DNA of 64,000 nt from Euglena gracilis (Eukaryota), in contig CP154954.1 of the NCBI GenBank assembly GCA_039621445.1, forward strand, positions 42,029,572 through 42,093,571. The letters are read 5' to 3'. The notes beneath the pieces were generated by a model. It was not told the DNA's origin. It made no database searches and worked only from the letters and a program-made list of their open reading frames with translations. Below, piece after piece: positions 51,998-62,442 of the stretch; positions within the stretch are counted from its first letter, which is position 1; the number at the start of each line of letters is the position of its first letter. The position numbers and the translations under genes are program-made.

Positions 51998-52922
51998 AAG
52001 GCTGCATAGAGGTAGAGGGATAGAGGTAGAGGTAGAGGTAGAGGTAGAGGTAGAGGTTTTCCAACCTCCTCTATCCCTCTATGTCACCTCTGTGTCAAAA
52101 ACCAAAGGAAAATGACTCAATAAAGGAATTTTTTTGCAAGCAAAGGAGAAATACATGAAAGGTTTTCAGAATTGCTCGATGTGGTCACATAACTGCGCCA
52201 ACAACTTTCAAAATCACCAACCCACATATTGTTTCTCATCCCCTCGCCGTTTTGCATGTGTTTTCATGCAAAATTGCCATTTTCCGAGCAGATGGGGTGT
52301 TTTATGACCTTTTTTGAGGCCATTTTGGTACATTTTACAGACATATAGAGGTGACGTAGAGGTACAGTCCCTAGCCGTAAATTTTCCCCCCCCTAGGGAG
52401 GGTTTTTTGGGCTCTTGACCGGGGGGGGGGGGGGAAATTTTCGGCCGTTTCGGGCACTTTGTCCCGTCCCTTCTATTCTTTGAAGCCATGAAGCCGACTG
52501 GGATTCGGAATTCATTTGCCGTATGTTGTGGGGTTGTTATGGTATATTCCCGAACGCCTCTGTTCAGGGCGGTGGGTCTTATTGATAGATACATGCCGGG
52601 GATGGTTCAATGGACAAAAAACCCCAAAAGATCCCAAGTCCTCGACCCAGCGGCCATGCAAGTGGTGAAGCTGTGCTACCCTTGCATGTACAAAAAAAAA
52701 GTCCCAACCCACCTGCCTTAGCTGTTCCTCTGGGGCTGAAGGGGGGGGGGGGAAGTTTTCGCCCGTTTCGGAGCCTTTTGCAAAACCAGGAAAATTCCCA
52801 AATTTCAGGGGGGGGGAATTTTTCGGGGGGGGGACAATTTACGGCTAGGGACTGTAGAGGTAGAGGTAGAGGTGGTTGACATACAGGTAGAAGCCTTTGA
52901 CGTCTACCTCTATGCAGCCCTT
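51998..52922. mobile_element. Non-autonomous TIR element with (GTAGAG)n subterminal repeats
   Basis: AAGGCTGCATAGAGGTAG / CTACCTCTATGCAGCCCTT; flanks cttggtgc/cttggtga. Confidence 0.7.
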
Positions 52923-52967
52923 CTTGGTGACCCCCTGGGGGGGGGGCACTTTTCCCCGGGGCCAAAC

Positions 52968-53133
52968 CAGGGCTGAGGCATTGTTTTAAAACAAGTGTTT
53001 TTTAACAAGTTTTTTTCCTATTTGCAGTCTTTTATTTGAAAAAACACTCTTTTTTGAAACAAAAAACCGTTTTTTATTCATTAAAGGTTTTTTTTTGCTT
53101 TGTTTTAAAACAAACAAAAAAACGTCAGCCCTG
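52968..53133. mobile_element. AT-rich hAT MITE
   Basis: TIR CAGGGCTGA / TCAGCCCTG; perfect TSD GGCCAAAC. Confidence 0.9.
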
Positions 53134-53856
53134 GGCCAAACCAACCCCCCCCCCCCCCGGGGGAGCGGTCACACAGGGCTTGAGTGAATCTGTGGAGGCT
53201 AGGCACATTGGGGGGGGGCTGAGGGGGGGGCGAGCGGCCGCGAGGACGGTGCGCGGCCCATTTTCGGTCCAAAAAGTGGTCATTTTTGGCCATTTTTGGG
53301 CCATTGTTGCGCAAAAAAAAATGTTTTTTTCTTGGCAAAGGGGGGGTCGAGGGAGGGGCGAGCAGTCACGTGGGCGGCCGCGCAGGGCTGCGCAGGGGGG
53401 GGGGAGGTGGGTCCCGGACCCCCCCCCCCCGAGCGGCGTGCCTAGCCTCCTATGGTCCGGAAACCTGGGTTATGTGACAAGTCCTTGTGCGCTTTCCAGC
53501 CCTGGGTAGTCGGCTGGAGTCGGCTGGGTTCCCCGCCCCCAAAAACCCCATTGCCACCGGAACCACTGCTGGTAAAACACCCCGTAATAGCGAATTTTGG
53601 CAATTTTTCAGTATAATTCGGCGTGGGGTGGGCCCCCAAAACCCCTTTGCCACCGGAACCACTGCTGGTAAAACACCCCGCAATAGCGAAGTTTTGGCAA
53701 TTTTTCAGTATAATTCGGGGAAGGGGGGGGGGGCGTGATTTTTTTGGGGCCAGATTGCCTCAATACCAGGAAGTTGGGGGGTGCCAAAAAGTGTAACCAG
53801 CCCCCAGGACCAGGTCGGCTGGGTTCCCCGCCCCAAAAACCCCATTGCCACCGGAA

Positions 53857-54120
53857 CAGACCATTGTTTAACACCTGTCCCACCCCATCCCGGGGGGTGG
53901 GGGCTGACTGACTGGTTTTTTCAGAGTGACTGACTGTTTTTTTTTGCCCGTGACCCCAAAATGGCGTTGAAAGGTCAAAACGTGACTGGTTTTGCTGAGT
54001 GGCTGCCCCCCCCCCCGGGGTAAAGTGACTGACTCTCTTTGCCGAAAAAAAGTGACTGGCTGGTTTTTTCGGAGTGGAAAGTGACCCCTTCTCCCCCCGG
54101 GGTCGCTAAGCAATGGTATG
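53857..54120. mobile_element. hAT MITE family B (inverted)
   Basis: TIR CAGACCATTGTTTA / TAAGCAATGGTATG; perfect TSD CACCGGAA. Confidence 0.92.
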
Positions 54121-56817
54121 CACCGGAACTGCTGCCGGTTAAACACCAGCAGTGGTTCCAGGTCAGCTCTGTTTTCCCAGCGTACCTGTGGGAATGTCTT
54201 GGGGCTTTGCCACTATCTCAATTCAAATCTCCGCAAGGTCCCGCCACCCGCCGCCTACGTCGCCCCCGCCGTGCTCCTGCAGGAAGCGGACGAGGAGGCA
54301 GCGGAGCACGAGCGGGATCGCCACGCAGGCCCCTCTGGCCAGGAAAATATGGGCCATCAAAAAAATACCAGGGGTGCACACAATCATTTGCCCCCCTGTG
54401 CTCAGGCGACTTCGCTATGACCCCCCTCCCGTCACACACACAGCGTCCTGGCGCAAACCACAAGGCCGAAAAAATTTGAACCCAAAAGCGGCCAATAATC
54501 AGCCAAAAAATTTTTGATCAAAAATTGTTGAATTTTCACCAAAGGGTTTCCTGCACCTCACCCCTGCCTTTACAGTTTCTCCACCAATCAAGCGGGATCA
54601 CTGACTCGTTTTTGTCCCAGAGCAAGTCGTCGCAAGGTGACCCGGCCGCAAAAATATTTCTGCCATTTTTTCCCGTTCTGGAGCTCTGGAGCCTGCTCTG
54701 GAACAAACTCCAGAGCAGCTGACCCCGGGGGGGGAGACTGGCTGGATTTCCAAACTGCCTGGTTCTTGGTGACTGCCTGGTTTTCGGAAGAGTGGACCCC
54801 CGGGGGAGGGGTCGGCCAATGGTTGCCCGCCCCTCAATGTGTCCTCTTCTCCTCTGGGGTGGGGGTTGGACAGGGGTGCGAATATTTTTCCCTGGCATTG
54901 GATTCTTTGAAGCCCCCTGCCCCCACCTGGCAGTTTTACATTGCTCGGTAGGGGGTCGACCTCCCTGTGGTTTTTCAAAGTCAAACTCCACAAGGGTTTT
55001 TGACTTTGGAAATTTTGCAACAAAAGCAAGAGGCTATTTCTCTTGGGTTTTTTGTGTTTGTCTCCACTTCATAATTCAGGCTCTTTTTGAACCCCCCAAA
55101 TAACTCCCCCCCAAAATAACACCCCCCCTCGGGGCCACCCAAATGACACACACCCCTGATTTCTTTTGGTTTCCCATGTAAAAACAACACCCCCCCCCCC
55201 CAAATAACACCCCCTGGGACCCAGCTCAGGTGCCCAAATAACACACCGGGGGGGGGGGGTTGTTATTATTATTTGGGGGGGGTAACGAATGGCAAGCAAG
55301 CCAGAAAAGATAATGCACATATTTGGGACCTTCAGCACCAAATGAGCAAAAATGTCCCACAGGCTTTCGGCTGTGGAGTGAACTGCAATACCAAAAACCT
55401 GTTCTATCTACCAAGTCGAAAAGCTGGATGGACAGGAACATGATTCTGTTTAAAAAAAAAAGGCTGCTAGGTGGGATTTTCTGTGTGTTTAAAATGCAAT
55501 AAAATATCTCGTCATCAGAAAACCCTGCCTTGTGAGCTGAAAGAGGGGAATGGAATGTTTTTCCCCATGAAAAACTGTGCATAAGTTGCGTGGGGGTCCA
55601 TCGCAACTGACTTGGACCCCCTCATTTTAGGTGTTTGTCCCCCCCACATGACCCGTAGGGGAGGTCCGGACCAGGATTCGACATAAGGAGGGCATACATG
55701 GTTTAGGTGGGGGGGTCGGCACACCCCTCCCCCCCCCTCACCGACCCCCTCGCCCATTTTACCCCCCTCCCCCCCCTTTTCAGACCCCCTCGCCACGCCA
55801 TGTCAGGCCCGCCAAAGAAAATTTTCTGGGCAAACCCCCGCACCCCCCCCCCATCCGGGACCCCGTCGCCACGCCAAAAACCCCCCCCCCCCCCCCCCCT
55901 AGCCGGACCCCTCGCCATCCCCAACCCATCGTGCCGACCCCCCCTCCTGGCCCGCAGGGGGGTCCGGACCCACGTTCCTTGCATTGAACCCTAGTCCGGA
56001 CCCCCCCCACCTGTCCTTATCGAACCCTGCCCCCTGGTCATGAGCCCAAGCCTGACAGCAAACAAGGTTGACGGCTTGTTTTTTTTTGAAACAAAAAAAC
56101 ATGTTTTCTTCAAAAAAATATGTTTTTCTAAAAAAACCAAAAAAACTTCATGGAGGGTTTTGGGGGAAATTTTTTTGCAATTTTTTGGGGGGGAAAAGTG
56201 CATTTTTTATCTCTACAACATTCATTTTTTTGGGTTGAAAGCATGATTTTTCGCACCAGAAAACACAGATTTGGAAATACTTTCACACATTAAAAAAAAA
56301 AACTTCACAGGGGGTGTTCCCCCCATGGCCCCCCCTCCCCCAACCCGACCTAAGACCCGTTTCGGCCATTTTTTCTGAAAAACTTGGCCGGTGATGCCTA
56401 ATTTGACAAAATATTCCGGTAGATTTCCTAATTTTCGTTTGGGGGATTCCTATTTTGGAGCCTAAAAAGGATTTCCCCCAAAAATTTCGTTTTCGGTGAT
56501 TTCTAATCTGGCCACCGAAAATGTGACCCCCCCTCGTGACCCCCCCCCCTGTGACCCCCCCGTGACCCCCCCCTCTGACCCGAACCACCCGCGAAAAATT
56601 TTCTTCAAAAAATGGTTTCGAAAGGAAAAAGGTCAATTTTTGCTTTTTCAAAAAAACATGTTTTTATGCTTCAAAAAAATCCTAAGTCCATTCAGACAGA
56701 AATTGACCGGAATAAACCGGAATAAATTCCGGAATAAACCGGAATAACCCGGAATAAACCGGAATAAAACCCCGGAATACAATTTTTGGCCGACCGGAAT
56801 ATCCCTGCCCCTATATA

Positions 56818-57100
56818 TGGCTGCCAGAATTTATTTGCTCCCCTGGGGGGGTCCAAGTAAAGACTCCAGGGGGCAGTAAAACTTTTTTTGCGTTAATGAT
56901 GGAATAGGGTTAGGTGCGTGAGTTAGGGTTAGGGTTAGGCCTAACTTGTACACCAAACACCCGTCTATAAGTTAGGCCTAACCTTAGGCCTAACTCGCGC
57001 ACCTAACCCTATTCCATCATTAACACAAAAAATCTATTTTGACTCCCTGGAGTCTTTGCTTGGACCCCCCTGGGGGGGGTCAAGTAAAGTCTAGCTGCCA
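56818..57100. mobile_element. TA-flanked foldback element containing TTAGGG-like repeats
   Basis: The whole element is an imperfect palindrome between TATATA flanks. Confidence 0.8.
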
Positions 57101-57489
57101 TATATAGTACTGCAGTATAAATGTATATGTGTGTGTATATAGGGGGTGTCTCCCCCGCGTCCCCCCCCGCGTCCCCCCCCCGCGTCCCCCCCACGTCCCA
57201 CTTTGGAACCCAAATTTTGTTCTCGAGACAGCCAAATTTAGGAGGCTGATTCCTAATTTCAGGCAAATTTGAGGTTGGTGATTCCTAATTTGGTGTGGGT
57301 GATTCCTAACTTGCGGTGGGTGATTCCTAATTTGGGGTGGGTTTGTCCTAATTTGTTGTGGTAGAATCCTAATTTGGCCAAATTTTCTCACAGCAAATTC
57401 CTAATTTCACCGTCCCAAAAATGGCGTCTCCCCCGCGTCCCCCCCCGCGTCCCCCCCCGCGTCCCCCCCGCGTCCCAGACACCCCCATG

Positions 57490-58009
57490 TATGGCAAGGC
57501 TAATTTACTGGCCCCCCCCGGGGGGGTCCCAGTAGTTGTACCTACCGGGGACTTCGGCCGCCCAGGTGAAACTACTGGGACCCCCCTTGGGTTTTCCCTG
57601 GGGGAATTGACCCACCGGCGGAACTTTTTCCGCCGGCGGGGGTATTTCGGGGTTATTTTTCGGAATAGGGTCAGGGTTCGGATTCGGGTTAGGGTTGGGG
57701 TTCAGGGTTAGGGTCGGGGTTCGGGGGAAGTTGGGCCGCGGGGCCGGATTTCGGCCGAACTGAGGCCGAATTTCCGAGACAATTTTATACCTGAATTTCG
57801 ACCCAATTCCGGCCTAACTTTTTTTCCCAAGTCGTAACCCTAACCCTATTCCTGGTTTTAACCCCAATCCCGCTCCCGTACTAAACGGAAATGCGGCGCG
57901 TCGGGGCACGAAAACCAAAATTTGGAGTTGGTGAAAGAAGTGGGACCCCCGCCCCCAGGTTAAACTACTGGGACCCCCCCGGGGGGGGCCAGTAAATTAG
58001 CCTTGCCAT
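57490..58009. mobile_element. TA-flanked TIR element with telomere-like repeats; right TIR interrupted by the hAT transposon
   Basis: ~45-bp TIR TATGGCAAGGCTAATTTACTGGCCCCCCCCGGGGGGTCCCAGTAGTT. The last bases of the right TIR are the hAT TSD and resume at 62183. Confidence 0.85.
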
Positions 58010-58637
58010 CAGGGATGAGCCCCTTAAAAAACGTCGTTTAAAACACCGATTTAAATCAGTTTAAAACACCCGAGCCCCGGAGACGTATAAAACAGCCGGC
58101 ATACGTCGTCAGTGACCCGTATTCGAAAAACAGGAGCCTATCAATATGCGAACCCAGAATGTCGTGTTTTTGCGCATGTAAATGGTTATTCCTCACGGAA
58201 GACACACAACAAAAATCTGAAAACACAGTGACGTGAACGGATGACCAGTGCACTTCCACGAAAAATGGATTTTTTTTGAAACAGGGGTTCCTTTTTTCTT
58301 TTCATCCTTTCATTTGCCTCGCCCAAAGGGGGGGTGAGTTTGCCTTGCGCAGTTGGGACCCATGGGACCCCCCCCCCCAGATGGGATGGGAGCCAAAAGA
58401 CCAAAAATCAGACTTCTTTCTGGAAAACTTGACTGTGCAGCACTTGGTCGGTTCCAACAGATTTCTTGTGACAGCAGTGTTCATGACACTGGACAGTGCG
58501 CTGAGAAGCGGCGCAGCCTCCTTCCACACATTTGCATGTGTTCTGCAGAGGGGGGGTGCATGGAACACCTTAAAACTGGGTACTGAAGGACATGGAAGGG
58601 GGCTGTCACACGTTCACGACAGATTTCAAAGGGGTTG

Positions 58638-61600
58638 TTACGATTCCTCGGTGTCGATGAAGTCGGCGGTGTTCATCGCCCTCTGTAGGAAGGCAATCTT
58701 CCTCACTCGTTGCAGGTCCAACCGCATGCGAAGGTTGCAGCCACAGCTCACTTCAGATGATTCCAGGGATCCAAAAAAAACAGCACTCTCCTCTGTCCCC
58801 TAGCCCTTTTTCAAACGCAAAAAAATTGAATGAGGCAGAAAAAAACAGTTAATCCCCACGACTGTGATGGAGATGACCCGGCCGGGGGGGAGGTTAGAAG
58901 CGGCCACACTTTGAAGTGGGCCCTGTGCACCGTAGGTTAACCTCATCGTGGACAATTGTCTCTCCACCCCACAGCTGGCTCCTGCGCACTGATGTAACCG
59001 CTGGCACAGGTCGCAGAGAGCAGGTGGAAATCCACGTCGGCAATTATAGCGAACTTTTAAGACGTGGAGGGCATATAATTTCTGAAGGACTGCCGGGAGG
59101 GATGCTGCTGGCTCCACCCCCCTAGGGGGGAGGGGGGTCCGGGGTTGGAGCGAGCTGGGCTGGGCCAGGAGTCCAGACCCCCCCTGCGGGGCTAGGAGGG
59201 GGGGGGGGACAACCCCCACCTAAACAGTGGCACGGTCTGGGTGAACATTTAAAAAAAGCAATTAAAAAATGCACGTTCCAGTCCCACCGGGAGGGGTTTG
59301 GGCCAACCGAGGGGGGGGTAGGTGACCTGTGATAAAAAAAAACTGAAAACACAAAGCTCTCTAGCCGGCCAGCTTCCCACCACGTGACCTCGTTCACCGA
59401 CTGCTCGAACAGCTCAGTGGCAGCGTCCATCTGGGGGCAGATTGGGTCGCTGTCCCGTAAAAAAAAAACAAATGAAATCAGTGATAAATGAACACATCCA
59501 TCCAACCAGCAGTAGGGCGGGGGAGGGAAGGGACCCACTCGCTGTCCCGTGAAGAAGATGACTGAAAAGTAAAACAAAGGAAAATGAAAGTAATAAAATG
59601 ACCCAAAACCCTCAGTCCCTGTAAACGCTGGGCAGGCTCAAAGGGAGTGCACTTCGCCAAGTAGCGGGAGATGTCAGCGTCATCCACCCCACGGCTGCGT
59701 GCATACGCTGACGCCTTCACCACTTGCTCCGGGGTGAGATTTACCCCGTTGTACGAGTGATGAAATAGGTATGCGGCAGGGTTTTTTTTCCAAGTGGGGG
59801 GGGGGGCGTTGTGGGAGGGGTCCAGGGTTTTTTTTCGGCATCGCGCATCGGGGGGGGGGGGGCTGGACCCCGGCTGGACCCGAACTGGGGCGAGCTGGAC
59901 TGAAATCGGAAAAATGCCCAAAAATGTTTTGAAAAAATGATGCATCTGAAACCCCCCAAAAATGCCCTGCGGCTGGGCTGGGCCCAAATCGGGGCTGGCT
60001 GCAGCAGCCCCCCCCGGGGGGGGGGGTTCGCAAAACCTTAGAGAGATGTATGCTGCCTGCTGGACAAAAATACACACCTGTGGGCGGAGCAAAAAAATCC
60101 CTGGTAGGCCGCAAGGAACGTCTCGTTCGCCATCACCAAAGTGGACCGTTCCACGACTTTCTTGTGTGCAGCCTTGAACGCCTTCGGGAACTGTGCCAGG
60201 ATCTCGATCCAGCTCACCACCGCGTCAGCTGGATGCATGGCTCACACGAACTGGGGGGGGGGGCATACAATTGCTTACCGACCCCCGGGGGGGGGGGAGG
60301 GGGGGGGCACTCCACTTTTTTAAAAACCAGTCAGTCACTTTTTTTTGGGAAGCCAGTCAGTCACTACCCCCCCGGGGGGGGGGGGTCGGCCACTCAGAAA
60401 AACGGCCACTTTCCAGTCACTTTAGGCCATTTTAGGCCAAAAAAAATTTTCCGGCGCCTTCGGCGCCGGGGTCACTCAAGCCACTTTTGCCCACTCCTGG
60501 CCGACCCCCCCCCCCGGGGGGGGAGGGGGTCCGGGCCCAAAAACCAGTCAGTCACTCTGAAAAAAACAGTCACCCACCCCCCCGGGGGGGGGGGGGTGGG
60601 ACAGTGCTTAAGCAATTGTCTGGGGGGGGGGCACTGCACACGAGCAAGCAATTTTCACAATTATGTTCACAAAAATTCACAAAAATGGGCGCAATGACCA
60701 CATCTATTAATGTCAAGCCACCAATTCAAAAAGATGAAAACATGCAGTCAGTTAGTTTTCATACGAGCCCTGCACATTGTATAGTAGTCCCCCTGAGCAT
60801 ACATCAAATTCCTTGATATGGGGCCCAGCATTGTCATCAGGTCTTCTGTTGCTCTTCTGTGTTGCACATTTTCAAGGTCACGCCGGACCACTTCGCCAGG
60901 CTTCAAATGGGCCGCAGCAATTTCAACCAAGTTGCCCCAGTGCGCGTTGTAATATTCTAAGGCCTTGAAAACTGTGCACCACCTGGTGTCGTTCGGCAAA
61001 GGAGGAGCATTCAGACGATAGCTGGGCAAACACCATTTCAAAAACAGCCAGAGGCATTTGTCTGCCCAGATCCTTTCACTCGCAATCCAGAGTGTGCACG
61101 ATGATTGTACGTAAACCAACGAAGGATGACCTTCACTTTCTCCAAAGCCGCCACGTCCTCGCCTAGGTCCTTCGCTGCCAGATGTAACCAGTGTGCGGTG
61201 CATGGGAAGAACAGCAAGTCAGGTCGTCGTCAGGCTTTTGCTTAAGGACCCCCGGGGGGGGGGGACTGCAATCCCTTGAGCAAATGCCTGGTCGTCTTTC
61301 TTGGACCAACTCTTTCATCTTCTTCATGTTAGAAGCTGAATCGGTGGTCACAGCAATGACCTGGCACTCCAGCTCCTTCTGGGCAAGTTCAATGGCTTCA
61401 AAAAGTTTCTGGGCCAGCCATTCCGCAGTATGTGGTTGGCCAGTGGTGTCCTCCGCGGTCAAAAGGTAGCAGGCCCCCTCCACTTGAATGCTTGTCACCA
61501 ACGTTGGGTCATTTGAAGGGCCCGTCCATCCATCCATCTGCAGGGTTGCAAACTTCCCTTTCAGCCGAGAGTTCAAAACATTGAATTGTTTGATAAAAAT

Positions 61601-62040
61601 CCGGTCCAGTAACTCACCACTAAGGGACCGACGCTCTGCCGGCTTGTAACCGGGCCTGCACATGTACATGAAACGGCGGAATTCTGGGTGGTTCACACAG
61701 CTGAACGGCAAGTTTGCAGCCACCACGAACCGGCACAATTGCTCGTCCAACGCCTGCTTCGTCTCCTTGCCGGCTGTAGGAGCGCTTGCTTCTGCCGTTT
61801 CCTTGGGGGTTCTTCAATCTCCAGCCCCGGCTCTTCCACCGAAGATGAAGATGACGATACTTCTTCTGTCAACCCAGCACGTATCAATCCCCTGCACCGT
61901 TGTGCATGGTTCCACATCCGCTGGACCAGAGGGGCCATCTCAATGTCGCACCCCTTGCAAGTGGCACGGGTACGTCCATCAAATACTTGATGTTTTATGA
62001 AGTAATGCCAAATACCATGTGCCGGTCTTCCACCAGGCAT
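58638..62040 (-). CDS. hAT transposase (~554 aa), 8 exons, one frameshift near 61775
   Basis: Exons 62040-61294, 61225-61073, 61016-60776, 60230-60107, 59771-59634, 59415-59367, 59041-58929, 58736-58638 (sum 1664 nt, phases consistent). Motifs in order: BED finger (IWHYF..CKGC..MWNHAQRC), MDGWT, TTDSASNM, CTAHWLHL, NDTRW, AQGDYYTIADA, AAYLFH, VTWWEA, SCGVERQLS, NLRMRL..VRKIAFL, then TAA. Confidence 0.92.
58737..58928 (-). other. Nonconventional intron 7 of transposase
   Basis: gca-CAGGGCCCACTTCA...TGAAGTGAGCTGTG-gctgc|A. Removal joins RLTYG-NLRMRLDLQRVRK. Confidence 0.82.
59042..59366 (-). other. Nonconventional intron 6 of transposase
   Basis: ggc-TAGAGAGCTTT...AAAGTTCGCTA-taatt|G. Removal joins WWEAG-RRRGFPPALCDL. 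Confidence 0.8.
59416..59633 (-). other. Nonconventional intron 5 of transposase
   Basis: gcc-CAGCGTT...GACGCTG-ccact|G. Removal joins TPFEP-ELFEQSVNEVTWW. Confidence 0.82.
59772..60106 (-). other. Nonconventional intron 4 of transposase = MITE 59777-60103
   Basis: tac-CAGGGATTTTTT...AAAAAACCCTG-ccgca|tac. Degenerate TSD cggcctac/ccgcatac (6/8). Removal joins FLAA-YLFHHSYNG. Confidence 0.85.
60231..60775 (-). other. Nonconventional/intermediate intron 3 of transposase, containing a nested MITE (60264-60622)
   Basis: gtg-CAGGGCTCGTATGAA...TTCGTGTGAGCCATG-catcc|A. Removal joins GDYYT-IADAVVSW. Confidence 0.85.
60264..60622. mobile_element. hAT MITE, family B-like, nested in transposase intron 3
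   Basis: TIR CATACAATTGCTTA / TAAGCAATTGTCTG; inserted in a poly-G run, so the TSD is G8. Confidence 0.85.
61017..61072 (-). other. Nonconventional intron 2 of transposase (56 nt)
   Basis: gat-CTGGGCAGACA...TGTTTGCCCAG-ctatc|G; 11-bp stem, no TSD left. Removal joins LRVK-GLNAPPLPNDTRW and skips an in-frame stop. Confidence 0.88.
61226..61293 (-). other. Nonconventional intron 1 of transposase = 60-bp mini-MITE (61231-61290) plus 8 nt of TSD
   Basis: gac-CAGGCATTTGCTCAAGG...CCTTAAGCAAAAGCCTG-acgac|G. TSD aagacgac/acgacgac. Removal joins ERR-PDLLFFPCTAH. Same TIR as the element at 27546-27949. Confidence 0.85.
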
Positions 62041-62070
62041 TGTGCTGTAAAAGGATAAGAACAGCCATAC
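62041..62070 (-). promoter_or_regulatory. Putative spliced-leader trans-splice acceptor (pyrimidine tract plus AG) 4 nt upstream of the transposase ATG
   Basis: Minus strand reads ctgttcttatccttttacAG-caca-ATG. Confidence 0.5.
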
Positions 62071-62184
62071 GAGTTAGGAATGACGTCGATTTCGCGATCT
62101 AAATCGTTCTAAACTGTTTAAAACTAGTTTAAAACGTTTTAAACGTATTAAACTCTTCCGGGATGTTTAAATTCCATCCCTGCT

Positions 62185-62188
<4 letters not shown>

Positions 62189-62239
<51 letters not shown>

Positions 62240-62379
62240 CCCCCTAATTGACACCCCCCCATAATTGACACCCCCCCCTCCCGACCGAAAATTTTTCAGC
62301 CGCTCGGTTTTTTTTTTCTTTTTGTTTTTTTTCTTGTTCGTTTTTTTCGTTTTTTTTTTTCTTTTTTTTTTTCGTTTCT

Positions 62380-62423
<44 letters not shown>

Positions 62424-62442
62424 TTGTTTTTTTTTTTTTTTC
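62189..62442. repeat. (AT)n microsatellite and long poly-T tract
   Basis: (AT)n at 62189-62237; T-rich tract at 62307-62441. Confidence 0.9.

Larger units (their letters stand above)
58010..62182 (-). mobile_element. Full-length Ac-like hAT DNA transposon (~4.17 kb)
   Basis: Termini CAGGGATG (58010) and CATCCCTG (62182), matching the first 8 nt of the maize Ac TIR. Perfect 8-bp TSD CTTGCCAT at 58002-58009 and 62183-62190. TTTAAAAC-rich subterminal repeats at both ends. Encloses a hAT transposase. Confidence 0.95.

Noticed and set aside
56900-57730. Chromosome end or true telomere
   Set aside because: TTAGGG units are few, degenerate, on both strands and internal to TIR elements.
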